DNA of 64,000 nt, from assembly GCA_032718475.1 (NCBI GenBank), contig JAUCBJ010000246.1:11370-75369 (forward strand), read 5' to 3'. Position 1 is the first letter of the stretch; every line of letters begins with the position of its first letter. The translations under genes were made by a program, and so were the position numbers. Positions 1 to 12,937 of this stretch are shown one piece after another. The stretch is from Nemertoderma westbladi. Lineage: Eukaryota > Animalia > Xenacoelomorpha. The notes below the pieces were generated by a model, which searched no databases, was not told the DNA's origin, and saw only the letters and a list, made by a program, of their open reading frames with translations.

Positions 1-695
1 TCGAGATTTTCGCACAGGTCGCATCTGCAATCATCTTCCGGAAAATGTTTGTTTAAAAATAGGTCCTTTGATTCAAAAACAACTTTCTGAAAATCATAAT
101 AAGTAGCTTTCTCTGAGGGATTTTCAGATAAATACATCGCTACAAGTGTCTTCAAATCATACTGTAAGTACCGTTTTGGAATAAATTGACTGGAACCATT
201 TTTCTTACCAATGTAAATAGTGTCTTTCTGGCCAGGAGTACAATAAGAAATGTCTGGTTGATGAATAAATTCAAGAATACGTGCTCTTCTATCTAAGTTT
301 ATTGGCCTGCCTGGAATAATTCTATTAATAACCTTTTTTTTTGCTGATTGGAGAAAGCGATTCTATCAAGTTGCCAATAACCGCATTTCGTTTGACTATA
401 TTGTAACTCAATGCTGTCCTCACTCGATTTACTGAACGACTAAGAGATTGACGATTAACAAAAGGTTGATTGGGAGTCTCATTACAATTATTCTTTGAAT
501 TGGCCTTAGCAGACCGCTTTCTATCTCGGTCTTTTTGAAGATACTTTTTATACTCTACTGAAGACGATTCCTTAATCCTTTTTCTAACACAACGCATTCG
601 GTCGGCATTTTTTTTTTGCGGTATTCATTTCCCAGTCCTTGAGAATTAATACGGTTTCTATAATCCTTTTGTTTCTCCGCATTACTTCTAGCCAT
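1..695 (-). pseudogene. N-terminal part of a DNA-transposon transposase, Sola2-like (runs off window)
   Basis: Manual minus-strand translation across homopolymer frameshifts: MARSNAEKQKDYR...RQSLSRSVNRVRTAL...DISYCTPGQKDTIYIGK...KRYLQYDL...DDCRCDLCENLE. The PGxKD/KRYL/CxCxxCEN pattern is recalled from Sola2-type proteins; family call unverified. Confidence 0.5.
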
Positions 696-921
696 ATCTT
701 AAAATAACCGGCTGACCGGTACAGTAATAATATATAATTAAATATCTGCTGATATAGGTCAGTAGGTAGGTCTGTAGGTTACCAGTACCAGCTGAGAGGC
801 CAATGTGGAATTGCTTCACTAAAGTTGGTAGATATATCGGGTAGGCCTACCGGTACTGTACAGAATGATTCCGCGGCGCAGCAGCGTATATTATTACACC
901 GTGTAGCGTATATTATCATAC

Positions 922-1215
922 GGGGTAATGTGCAATTTTTGGTACTAACACTTCAATGTTGTTAAACTCGCAGGTTACAAGAGTGGCGGCATCAACCCTT
1001 ATTAAAACTGTCATGTAACCCTAACCCTATGTCATAATCTAACCCAACTCTGACCAACTAACCCTAACCAAAATAACAAACGAAATATCCCACAAAGTAA
1101 GTAGTAACCTACACACTGGCAGCTTGCTGGCAGGCAGTCAAGTTACAGTATAAATACTAGCGGTAGCTGAAACCTAAAGTTAAACCTTTAGTACCTAAAA
1201 TTGCACTGTTACCTC
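922..1215. mobile_element. MITE-like element with imperfect ~27-bp terminal inverted repeats
   Basis: GGGGTAATGTGCAATTTTTGGTACTA (922-947) versus reverse complement of TAGTACCTAAAATTGCACTGTTACCTC (1189-1215); internal CTAACC-type repeats at ~1016-1069. Confidence 0.55.
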
Positions 1216-1444
1216 ACGTGGTGCAGCGTACCTACCACTCTACCAGTACTTCATTACACAACTGAGAATGGTATATCAGTATATGGTAACTTGAATTTGA
1301 ATACATAATACACTACAATAATTTAATACATTAATGCATTATGGGGCATTAGCCTAATCTAATAGTACCAGCTGCCAGCAGACAAGTAGTCAATAATAGT
1401 CATACTCATAGTTCAGTAGTTACATTTTGTTTTTGTTGGCCTAC

Positions 1445-2177
1445 TGTCAAGAAATATATGAAATAAATTCAAAAGAATATAAAAGGTCAGTTACCTAGAA
1501 AAATACAATCTTGCTTTCTTCACACAAAAATGTCAATTCAGTTCCCACTGATGCGAAAATAGACCACCAAGGGATAAGATGCTCTGAGCTATAACTATAC
1601 TGGAACCCCAAGAGAGTTTTTTACGACTACAATCAATAAATAACATACAATCATACGGTAGGTAGACTTTACTTTAAGCGGCTTATTGAATAACCCCCAC
1701 CAATAGTTAGATATGCCATGACAAATTATTTTCGCTTCATGGCATTTGAATTAATTTCTAGGAGATATTTAAAAGACAACATTTAGCCTTTCAACCTTAA
1801 CAAGTTACCTAACTCTAAGATAGGCAAACTGATTTTTTTGTATAAAAGGAAAACTTTGGATAGAGAGAAGAGGGTTTTTTATGATTAAGAGTTTTAGTTC
1901 ATGGTCCTATTATTTTAGTCCAGGCCGGGGGTCTGGACTAGTGTATAGTTTGCATGTACAGTATATATTTTGAGAGGATCCAATTGATAATATTAAACTG
2001 AAGTAAATGATCGGCGTTATATTAAACTTTATTGCGTTTTTATTTGCAACATCATTAATTCTCTCAGGAGGGAATACTCTCATTGAGGGCGAACTAGCGG
2101 TCGGCTCAACCCAAATTACCACTACACACCCACAGCTCAGCGGGACCACGATAATAAACATTACTGAGCTCGTGACA
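1445..2177 (+). repeat. Putative 5' LTR of a Ty3/Gypsy element
   Basis: Ends CGTGACA immediately before a tRNA PBS. TGTCAAG at 1445 is the best inverted-terminus match, so the left edge is uncertain. No second LTR in window. Confidence 0.55.
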
Positions 2178-2197
2178 TGGAGGTCCCACCGAGATTT
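2178..2197 (+). promoter_or_regulatory. Primer-binding site complementary to tRNA-Gln 3' end
   Basis: TGGAGGTCCCACCGAGATTT is the reverse complement of AAATCTCGGTGGGACCT-CCA, the 3' end of metazoan tRNA-Gln. Confidence 0.85.
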
Positions 2198-2282
2198 TGA
2201 TGCTGTGAGGATCGGTTTAAAGATACTGATTATAAGTTATAAATTTAACTGTGACAAATCTTAAAAAGAAACTACAGTATCA

Positions 2283-3935
2283 ATGGCTTCAAACAATAGG
2301 GAGAGGGGAGAAAGTGAATCGGACGTAGAAAACGAATCACCGACAATTTCATTTCGAAGAAGTGGAGGAACAGAGTCACCTACAGCCCTATTCAGTCGTG
2401 ATGGAAGAAGATTTGTTGAAACAACACCAGTAACTCAGCGAGGAGAAATCAATGAAGAAAATGTATACAGTAAGTACCCGAGCTATGTGCAAAGCAGAAT
2501 TACAAATACAAATAAAGTAAATAATAATAGGCCTAGTACTGGTACTAGTGCCGTACAGTATTTGGATAGGTCTAATAATAGAACATATAGGCCTAATACG
2601 AGTGGGGGCGTCCAGTATTTCGATCAGTCGTATAACGATCACGATCGTACATATCGCAATGATAATTGGAGAATACCATTACCTGAACACGAACATAATT
2701 ATCTAAAATACGAGGGTAATATAGGTCTAGGACCCACCTCCAATACTATTAAGCCCCCGATATTTACTGGACAAGATAATGATGGCGACATTGAAGTGTT
2801 TCTGAATAAATTTGAGAGAGTGGCAAATGCTAATAACTGGAATGAACAAAAGCGGAGTCGCATTCTTCCAGCATGCCTAGAAGGATAATTGCCTACGGAG
2901 AATTTCTAAACATAAAACAAGAAAAATCTGAAAGAGTAGATGAATTCATGGAACGGTTACTTAGAATAGCTAGACGTGCCCTTTCTGCACAAACGCCGGA
3001 TGAATTTTATCACCAAGTCAGGGATAGATTTTTACATGGCCTTCAGCCGGTATTACGATCCCGAGTTATAGAAATAACAGGATCTTGCGATGAGATAGAA
3101 AGAGTATTATCAGAAGCCAAGAGAGTTGAGGCTACAATACGTAGTGAAAATCCAGATCTTGCGTTACCCCTTACTAGACAAGAGTTAACGACAGTATTGA
3201 AGGAGCACTTAGCAGAGGCAGATATTACCCGAAATCAGGTTCGAGATGTAGAGTTACGTAGGTTACAAAATGCCATTGAACAGTTGAATAGACGAGTACA
3301 AGGAGTATCTCTAGGCAGCGACAATAGGTTTGTAGATAGGGAGATGTCTCAGGCAAGGGAGTATCAAAATAGAAACCGTTACTCCCTACATAATAGTTAT
3401 AATTATGCACGAGAGCCATTAAGGGATGCTTCCCAAGTACGATGTTATCGATGTGATGGCGTTGGTAATTTAGCTCGTGATTGTGTATCTACCTTCAAAA
3501 TTACAAAGGAAAATCAGGTACCTAGATACAGAAATAACAATTATGAAAATCAAAGACAAGTTAGTCAAGATCAACAAGGAACAATTATATCGATAGAATC
3601 TAATAGAAATCCTCAAAATAAGGACCCGGTTCTTATAGTGAAAAGTAATTTGTTTGTAAGTGAGCTGACGATTACTGGGCAAGGCGAATTAATAGTTTCA
3701 GTACAAATTAACGAAACTGTGTCTAGGCAACAGATACGGGCAGTAGAGTAAACATACTTACCAAACAAGCGGCAAATGAGATATTAGATTTGGAAGGCAT
3801 GGAATATTGCGAAGATATGTTGGTAGGAGTAAATAATAATTTAATAGAAGTTTTAGGATAAGTAGAATTAGAGTTTGAATATAGAAAACAAAAGGTGTCT
3901 CTAAATGTTTACATAGTAGATACTTTACCTATTGA
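2283..3935 (+). pseudogene. gag: Ty3/Gypsy gag with degenerate protease remnant, 3'-truncated
   Basis: ORFs 2283-2888 (PPIFTGQ...FLNKFERVANANNW) and 2873-3751 (KQEKSERVDEF...FLHGLQP, knuckle CYRCDGVGNLARDC), then broken protease-like sequence (IEVLG...LNVYIVD). Confidence 0.8.
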
Positions 3936-4484
3936 GGTGGGGGGGGGGGGGGGGGGGGAATTATTAGTGGTAATGTGGCTGGGGGCTACAACATTTAGAT
4001 GGAGCCTTCTTATACTGTATTTAGCCAAGTTAACTTTTCTTTGGCTACCCTGTCTTTCTCTGGCTATGCCTGGGCAGGGCAGGGGCAATGTGAATCTGGT
4101 CGGGCTGCTAATGTAACTAACATATTATATTATATATTATTATTATACCTATTATTATTATTATTATATATTATTACCGGTACCGTACAATATTTCAATT
4201 TTACCCTGCGTGGGGGTGTATATTATAATATTATATTATTATTATATACTATATTTTACAGATATTACAGTATTTAAAGAAATTTCTCCGGCCCTTTCAA
4301 CATTTTTTCAACACTTTCTACATTTTTCCCTAAATCCTCCACTGATCATTAGTTATGATTATTAGTTATTGATCATTAGTTAGGCCTATGATTACTCACA
4401 TTTAGTGTTTTCTTTATGGAATAGCTAGTGAGTTTCCAGGTCTCTGCATTTCTTTTCATACAAATATATTTTATTCATTTCATA

Positions 4485-5126
4485 CAAATTCTCCGAATCC
4501 AAAATGGCCATGAAAATGTGCCATATTGGAATCGGACAGTGAGCCAGAAGAAGATGCAATAATTGTGGATAATATTGTAGAACCATCTTATTGCTATAAA
4601 GAAGGTACTACAAAGGGGAATCTACAGAGGGAGGGGTACTATCAAAGGTTCAGTGTGGATAGTTCCACTGAACTCTTACGATGGAAATCATCTTTAGAGC
4701 AGCAGTTGAAGACATCAAAAAAATGTATAGTAGATCAGTTGTATAAGGTCTCAAGAATGGCCTATCAAATACAAAGGCCCAAAATAACGTTGAAATGGGT
4801 TTCGAGTGATTCCATTCAAATTCGACAAATCTCGGTGGCATTCATTTCATACTTCGAGTTTCAGCTTATGGAGACAGGATCCAATCGGACATCTTTACTG
4901 CAGTCTGATAGTTTTAATCACACCCTGAAGGCCATCAGGAGATACCGCTCCAAGGTAGTCCATGTATGGGAAGCTACAGAATCCCAAGCGAGGGAGATAG
5001 ACTTCCTTCAGAAATTTCATGATATAAAACCTGCGGATGCCGTAGAAGTGATGAATAATAATGACATTCGAGATGCAGTACTTAAGGCACAGAAGCATTG
5101 CTTGAGAGTAGTAGGGTCTTCCTCTT
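4485..5126 (+). pseudogene. N-terminal remnant of a tyrosine recombinase gene (copy 1)
   Basis: 4485-4953 is near-identical to 56149-56618, which lies directly upstream of tyrosine-recombinase catalytic motifs. ORF 4526-5134 is cut off by a palindromic element. Confidence 0.6.
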
Positions 5127-5412
5127 CTCTGTGACACTTGGACCACACTGACACCCATTGGGTGTCATATGACACCCAATTATCACCCTATGGGTGTCAT
5201 TGGGTGTCATTGGGGCCAGACTGTCTGGGTGACACCTCCCAATTAGGCTAATTAGACCCTAATTGAAAGGTGTCATCAATTAATTAGTACAATTAAACCC
5301 TAACAGGTGTCATATGACTCCTAATTAGGGTTTAATTGATTATCCTAATTAATCAGACTGATTAGCGCCATGACACACAATGGGTCATCATTGTTGTCCA
5401 AGTGTCACAGAG
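5127..5412. repeat. Foldback/palindromic MITE-like repeat
   Basis: CTCTGTGACACTTGGAC...CCCATTGGGTGTCAT (5127-5168) is inverted at 5370-5412; interior rich in TGACAC/GTGTCA and CTAATT/AATTAG. Confidence 0.7.
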
Positions 5413-5809
5413 CCGGAGCAAGAGGGTGTCATAAGTGACACCGCAGCTCTTTTATTTATTAATACTTATTTATTTGTACTTTATTTTAAATTAATTAATT
5501 GTATTTATTTTTACTTTATTTATTTGTACTTAATTTTAGATTTACCAATAATTAGTTTTATATATTGGTTTCTAAATGACCTCATTGACTTTCATCTCGT
5601 TATCCTTCGCCATAGGGTACACAGCTCCCTTACTGGTAACTAATTACTCTTATCTATTTCCAGACAGCTTTATCGTTGACCTTTGACCTTTGACCCCCAA
5701 TTAGCTTTAACCAAGCAACAGCATATTAATAATAGTTGTATCCAAGCGCCCCCGCCCCCCACCCCGTGACAGCTCTGATTACTAATTACTCTTACCTATA
5801 TCCAACCGT

Positions 5810-6460
5810 CTGCAGTTCCATAGTCTGCCGCTAGAGGGCGTATTATTTGAAAATTATCATCTTCTCTAGCTTTGTTATTTTCATTCCGAATGGGTTTAAA
5901 CTCGGTAGGCATCTACTACGGCATAGGCCATATCTTTTGCGGAGCCATAGAGTAGTATGAAGTTCCCCTGTCTACCGCTAGAGGGCATATTATTTAAAAA
6001 TTAACATCTTCACTAGCTTTGTTATTTACAATCCGCAAAACTATGAAGTTATATTGCTTAAGGGTTCTAAGGGGCGAGCCATGAGGCAAGATGTTTGAGG
6101 CTTATTTAGATATATTATTACTTAATTTGACCCCCCAATCGGCATCTACTACGGCATAGGCTATATATTTTGCGGAGACATAGAGTAGTCTGAAGTTCCC
6201 CTGTCTGCCGCTAGAGGGTGTATTATTTGAAAATTAACATCTTCTCTAGCTTTGTTATTTACAATCCGCAAAACTATGAAGTTATATTGCTTAAGAGTTC
6301 TAAGGGGCTAGCCATGAGGCAAGATGTTTGAGACTTATTTAGATATATTATTACTATACTTAATTTGACCCCCCCAATCGGCATCTACTATGGCATAGGC
6401 TATATCTTTTGCAGAGTCACAGAGTAGTATGAAGTTCCCCAGTCTGCCGCTAGAGGGTGA
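5810..6460 (+). repeat. Tandem repeat (4 units, ~150-240 bp), each with a CTCF-like motif
   Basis: CCGCTAGAGGGY at 5828, 5975, 6208 and 6447 within repeated flanks (TATTATTTGAAAATTAACATCTTC..., CGGCATAGGCTATAT...). Confidence 0.8.
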
Positions 6461-6562
6461 AATGTCTCAAAGTGAAAACCATACGGTAGCCATGAATTGG
6501 TTTACTAGGTAATAATACTGCATTTTGCAAAGTTAGGGCTATTGCTGACCGAACGAAAATTG

Positions 6563-6633
6563 CCCTGGTTCATGCAGGGATCGAACCCATGACATACGGG
6601 AGATGTGAATTCACCGCAACCACTACACCAAGG
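6563..6633 (-). other. tRNA-derived SINE head or tRNA pseudogene
   Basis: Minus strand CCTTGGTGTAGTGGTT...GGGTTCGATCCC carries A and B boxes at tRNA-like spacing; no convincing acceptor or anticodon stems. Confidence 0.55.
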
Positions 6634-9600
6634 TGGAACAGTAACCTTCGAATTTGTTCGTTGACGTTCGAATTTGTAAGACTCTCATTTAAGACCTGAC
6701 ACAGACTATGCCTCAGTAGGGGCAGCGATTTTCTCGCGATAAATATAACCAACCCACCCAACTCTCACTACTATCTCAGTCCTTACATCCATATCGAGAA
6801 CAAACCAACAGAAATTATATTCACCAATACGAAAAATACCAACACTATCACCCTATCCAACAACTTTACCATCGCGCGCCTTTTCGAATTACTAAAACGT
6901 TCTCTCAGAGAAGGCATCTTTCTCCCGCAGCAAACACACCTTAATCTATTTCACCCCCCAAAAAAAGGTTATCTCAACAATCTATTAAAGAGAAAATTAT
7001 CGCAGCCATTAATAGTAACGGACCCTAAAAGGGTTAAACCAAACGTTACTCTCGGAGACCAGCAACCCTATTAATATAAACAGTCTATTTATTAAAAACT
7101 GTTCTGACTATATCTTTTGTTAATGTTGATGTTCTTATATTATTTATTATTAATGTTGTTGGTAAATTATTTATCCGTTGTTGTTATATTATTTAATATT
7201 GATGTTGTCAGTAAATTATTTATTCTTGTTTCCTCATAATGTTTAAAAAATATAAGATGCTTAACCGGCTATTTTTCATTTTTCTCTACTAGTTAATCTA
7301 TTCTATGAGACCGAGCCATGAAGTAAGTGAGTCTCAGCATACCATTAATGACCTTATTGCTCGTTCATAATCATTTTGAATGTTAACCCCTAAATAAACA
7401 GCCAATCCCGATGAATTCTTTACAAACTCGATATGCAAGTTGTTTATCAGAGTTGATTTTAGTTAAAATATATTATTTAGCGATTTTCGTGATTAATGCT
7501 ATAAATTATATTCACCAAAATGAAAATATCCACGCTATTACTCTTTCCATCAGGCGATGCTTTATAAGTATTGATGGCGAGCAAAGTTTTCAGGGCGACC
7601 ACCTCTAAGCTGTAAGTACGCTGTTCTGCCCTATCATAGACACTCTGTCTTTTAGATGCTTCACTATTGATATTAAGCCGTTAGCCATGGCGCCGCTGAT
7701 AAGACGCGAGGATATTCAGTCCTATATTCAAAGGCTTTGGTTTGATTGTTCATACTATGGATAGTTCAATGAAATCGTGAAAGGGAGGGCCGCATGGGTT
7801 GAAAGTGATCGTCCTTATTTTCCCGAGAAATTCTTAAAGGCGACTATGAATAGAACAATGAAACATTAAAGGGAGGACCGCATATGTTGGGAATGATAGC
7901 CCTTCAACTGCCTTTTACCCAGATTTGCGTAAGATCGAGGGAGGATGTAGAGGAAAATACACTCATAGCTTTAATGCCCCATTTGATTAAAGTAGAGCAA
8001 ATTTAGCTTTCACCTAAGGGTTATCACTCCATGCGACTGCAAAATTTAAAATTCCTGAAAATTTCGCGAACGAAGATTGCACCTGGGGGGGGGGGGGGGG
8101 GGGGAGGTTGTAGGTGAACGAAGGTTGCACCCAGCCATCCTGTAATTATACATATAGTATTTCACTCGTTTTACTTTTTTACTATACAACGAGTTCAATC
8201 CCACTCTCCAATGAATTTTTTAGTAGTATGATTGATAGTAAGCAATTCAAGGAGACAGTTAATGCGTTAGTAGACTGGTGACGCGGACCTACGCGATTTC
8301 GTCCATTGTTTAAATTATGCTTTGTATACAAATGATGAACTAATGGTGGACTCCATGTACATCCTACTGTAGGTTTGCTTTCTATCCGCTGTAAACAATT
8401 AATCAGTTAAATCTATTGTAAAATTTATCCAAATTAACATTTCCGCCTGCCTACTCTGATATTCCCAGGTCTACCCAACTTAAAAATCCTGGCTACAAAC
8501 CTGATTCCACACTCGAGGTGTAAATACATTGTATCCACTTCACCAAGGTGGAACATTTGTAATTTATTTAAGATTTATTTTCATGAGTCACATAATAACC
8601 TTTTTATTATTGCGTTCAAAATAAAAAATTACAGATAAAACCATACTAATTTAAAACTCTATCTATGATGTATTCGCTATATTTCGTTTGCTGACATTAT
8701 TTCATCGCGAAATTAAAAGCATCTGCTTTCACTATTATTATAGTATATTATCTAAAGTAGTGACACTGAGTTGGAACAGATAGGATAATTGCACTTTGTT
8801 ATGTTTTAGTTTAGTAGCTTTAATCATAATACTACCGGGCTATAAAATGTTGTACAAACACCGGGGAGGGTCATAATGACCCTGGTCGGGGGTAGGGAAT
8901 CGAATCTATGACAATCTGTATATCCTATTTTGTGTTTACTTTTTATTTTTTCCGCGAAGCGACGGCAAAAATTTAAAATTCCTGAAAATTTCGCGGATAG
9001 AGAATTATAAATATATTTGGTGAGCATAATGCTACGCGAAGGCTCCATGACATATGTATTTTAGCTATGGACTCGTATATCCATTCTACTCTACTATAGC
9101 CAGACTGTCTTCGAGATGCCCCGTTAGCCTTGGCGCCGCTAAATTTGCATGAGGGCCGGCCAGCAAGCGAGATATCTCTATTGCTGATAAGCTTGAGGGC
9201 CCAAATAAGGCTAACATTCATATGCTATATCCCCTAGTTATTACCGTCATATAATTACTACTGGCTCCTAACAACTTATCACTGGGAACCCTTTAATTAA
9301 AGCCGCCTCTCATTGAATCTGTTGCGTTGTTCCCTCTGCGTTGATGCTATATAAACCGAGATGGGACCTTCATTCCTCATCAGTTTTGAGCTCGAATAAT
9401 TTTACATGATTTATTTTATAAGACGCTAATTTTAAACTTCACATTTTATTTTAAACTTTTGCGTTTACAATTTGTCAATTTGAGTATTCATCATCATGGA
9501 TTCCACCACCAGCACCCAGCTAGCCGCCTCCGTAACACCGGTCTCCATCACAGCTACACCCGTCACCACCATGTCCAACGCTACCAACACAACCACAACC

Positions 9601-9796
9601 AGAAGCGTCGGTACATACAGACCACGGAGAGCAGGCCGGAAGCGGTCACTCCCTACGTCCGTTATATGAGGGACCAGGAAGAGGAGATGGCGTGGGAGGA
9701 AGATTTGGCTGATCGAGAGCTCGAGATCCGAGCATTGGAGGAAGCGCGAGTGGAATGCCTTCGGACCTCCTCCAACTGGTACGATCAATATTTGTC

Positions 9797-10227
9797 AACC
9801 CGGAAGGACTCGGAAAGTCGTTCGGTGCCAGTCCGGCGGTAGAGGAGCTATTCGATATACCCCCCATCGATAGGAATGTCCCATGATCCCGGCTAGAATC
9901 GAACTCAATTCACTCCACCCTAATATCAAATTTACTGTAGAACAACAAGACTCACTTGGAAAACTCCCCTTTCTTGATGTACTTATAACCCCGAGCCATT
10001 GCACTTACAGCACTACTGTATATCAGAAACCGACATATTCCAATAGATATTTAAATTTTGCCTCAAACTACCACCCACGTATTATACAAGGTGTCTGTTC
10101 CGGTCTTTTCTACCGTTCCAACCGTATTTGTTCAACACCACAAGCAAGAAACGAAACCCAAACTACATTAGCTAACACTCTACGTAATAACGGTTACCCG
10201 CCCCATATTATATACAGTACACAAAGA
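9797..10227 (+). mobile_element. Penelope-like RT C-terminal fragment plus one 105-bp repeat unit (copy of 54603-55033)
   Basis: LNSLHPNIKFTVEQQ...LPFLDVLI...TVYQKPTYSNRYLNFAS; near-identical to the copy at 54.6-55.0 kb, including the junction. Confidence 0.85.
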
Positions 10228-10317
10228 TCTATCAAAATCTATCCAGCATACAATCACGTCCGGGAGCCAAAAATAGGTGTTACCCATTAGGAATAAATTC
10301 CCAGGATTATCAGGCAT

Positions 10318-12937
10318 CTGAAGGGTTTATGTTTACGGTTGGGAGGTAGCAGGACAATGCCTGAACATAGTGACGCTGCCCATGTCAGGCATATGACTGA
10401 TTGCCTTAAGGAATGGCAAACGGTTGTTGCGTCATCTCCTCCCTGCATGCCCGAACTGACAATGGACATACCGAGTGGGATAGGGGGTTGTGAATTCTCT
10501 TCGCAATTTACCAACATTGGGGAAATTGGCCGGCGGCGCCTTAAGGAAACTTTAAAAACGTTTCTAACTAAAGGAGAATGTTATGCCCGTGTTCCAAAAT
10601 TCAACTCTGTCCCTATTACCCGCGATGAACAATTTATACAATCCCGGCTTATAAACTGGACTAATTCGGACATACTAAGAAAATTTAAGAACTAATTGAG
10701 AAATTATTTGATATGGATGAAGAACAAATAAAGAACAATATACTCTTCAATTAATTAAATAAGCTAAAACGAAAGACAAATTAATATTATTGTGCAAGAA
10801 ACTACTGGCATTATAATTCAATTGATAAACAATATTAAAGTACTTATTATATAATAACTATGGCTTATTTTATAATTATGTTATCTACGTACTGCTACCA
10901 GTAACACGAACTTTAATGGATTATGCAATAAGTGCAAATAAATCGATTACAAAAAATAATCGATTAAAATAAAAAAAAATAGAACTTTTTCCCCAGGCAA
11001 CAAAAAAAAGTACCAATTTAAAAATAAGATTACGTATTACAATATGGGTATACGTATAAGGTTTAACGTCGAGATTCGGTTGTCTTTCTTGGTCGTTGCC
11101 CAGGCAGCCAGGATGTTTGATGCAATCAATGCGTCATGTGGTAGGGAAGATTGGCATTTGGTCGTATTGTGAAACTGGCGCTGCTAGATTAGCTGAAAAC
11201 TGAAAATGCTGAAAACAGTTGTGTAATTATATACCATATTATAAATTTCTTGGGCCTTATCTAAGATGACTAGATATAAATACATGAGTTAAAACTCTAC
11301 AGATTACAGATACATTTCTCCCCTTCATATGTGACAACATATTCACCGCCATTAATCTTCGGTTCACTCTCATCATAATCATCGACCTCATTAAGCAGTG
11401 AGGCTGAAATTAAATAAGAAAATTAAATGAAAAAATAATAAAAGTAAAGAAGAGTGTAATGGTGCTGGTGGCAAACCAAACCTCAACACTAATCTGTAGC
11501 GCTGGCTTATACGTAAAACCAATTGTAAACGCCATACAAAGAGATTGACTGCATCTCGTCTTTGTAAGTCATTTTATTTTATTGTAACGTTAATAATGTA
11601 GTTAACAAAGTAGTACTCAGCCCTAAGGCCATCAAAAAACGACACAAATAATAAAAACAAAAACGACATATACAAATATATTGAAACATGCTCAACATAC
11701 AGGTATGTATCGTACCCTAACCCTGACCTAACTGCCATACACTAAATGATACCAGTAGTATACTGCACAAAAGCTAACCCTATATTCTATAGAAAAATAT
11801 ATGACATTTTGTCGCTGTAAAGGGGTAGAACTCGGGAATAAATAATTAATTGTATCAAAAATATGGTTGCGTTTCGGTGTCTGAGAACCAGTACGCGGTA
11901 TTCTCGACACCTCATCAGCTGGACAAAGGATTATCCAAAACATATCTATATTGCACCAATGGCCTAAATAATCGCACCATGAACTCCTCAAACAGACATC
12001 AGAATCAGTAAATCAGTGATACCAATGGAAAAACTGGTAGGTTGCTGGGGCAAACACACACAGTATAAAAAAAATATATTAGATTTTACAATTTGTATTT
12101 ATTATTATTTATTTAAACTTTATAACTTAAAAATTGAAATTTAAAAAACAGTTTTAAATTTCAACTCGGTTGAAATTTGAAATTGGAAATAAATGTCAAC
12201 CCATTGATATACATATCTTTACCTTCAAAAAACACGCCGATGAAAAGATAAGAAGGATTTAAGTTCTCCAAGTGGATCAAGGCATGGTTCCGGTTCAGGT
12301 GGAACCTCCACAATAACATCTTTAAGATTGAGAACTTCTGATGACCCCCCTTCATTATATTGGTTATTATTACTACTAGTTATACTACTTTTTAATTTTT
12401 AGTTTTAATATGCCTGCCCAATGAATAAAATCTATAAAAAATCAAGGGTGCATTCATTTTACCGACTGATTAACTTATCTGTATACTACTACTACTACTA
12501 GGTCGAGCGAACTCGGACAGTGGAAATTAGATCCTTCCAGGCTTCCCGATTCTCCATAGTTGTCGCAATTTCGTTTCTCCCAAGTTCAGTATCCCTTTCA
12601 AGTTGATCTATATATGTTATGGCCGGTCGTCCACGACTATGCTTTCCATGAGTTGTTTGCCAGAGAAGTAGATCTGGTATGACCTCGTCTTTACTTCGCC
12701 AGCAGTGCCCACTGAATCTTAATCTGCGTTCACGAAGGGTGGTTGATACAGGTGGTATTGTATGATAAAGCTCGGCGTTTGTCATGTGTTGTCTCCAGCT
12801 GATGTTTAGGGCTGCCCTTAGTAGTATGTGTAGCAACCATCAATTCGTTGTTCAAGTGATTTAGTCAGTGTCCAGTGTTCTAACGATGTGAATGAGAACA
12901 TTGCTGTAAAAGATTTCGAAAAAAGTGTTACTTTTTC
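10318..12937 (+). repeat. Segmental duplication copy 1 (partner 57858-60285)
   Basis: Colinear near-identity including the RTE insertion and the first ~50 bp of BEL pol; ~190 bp (about 11366-11557) is absent from the partner. Confidence 0.92.
12485..12885 (-). mobile_element. 5'-truncated RTE-clade LINE
   Basis: LRAALNISWRQHMTNAELY...LRERRLRFSGHCWR...RGRPAITYIDQLERD...MENREAW; (TAG)n tail right after the stop. Confidence 0.85.

Noticed and set aside
1016-1069. TAACCC repeats as an interstitial telomere
   Set aside because: Only a few degenerate units, lying inside a small inverted-repeat element.
6563-6633. Functional tRNA gene
   Set aside because: A and B boxes are present but the acceptor and anticodon stems do not pair; kept only as SINE-like.
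11040-12355. Minus-strand exon-like pieces in the duplicated block as a host gene
   Set aside because: Could not be joined into a consistent frame or matched to a known family.
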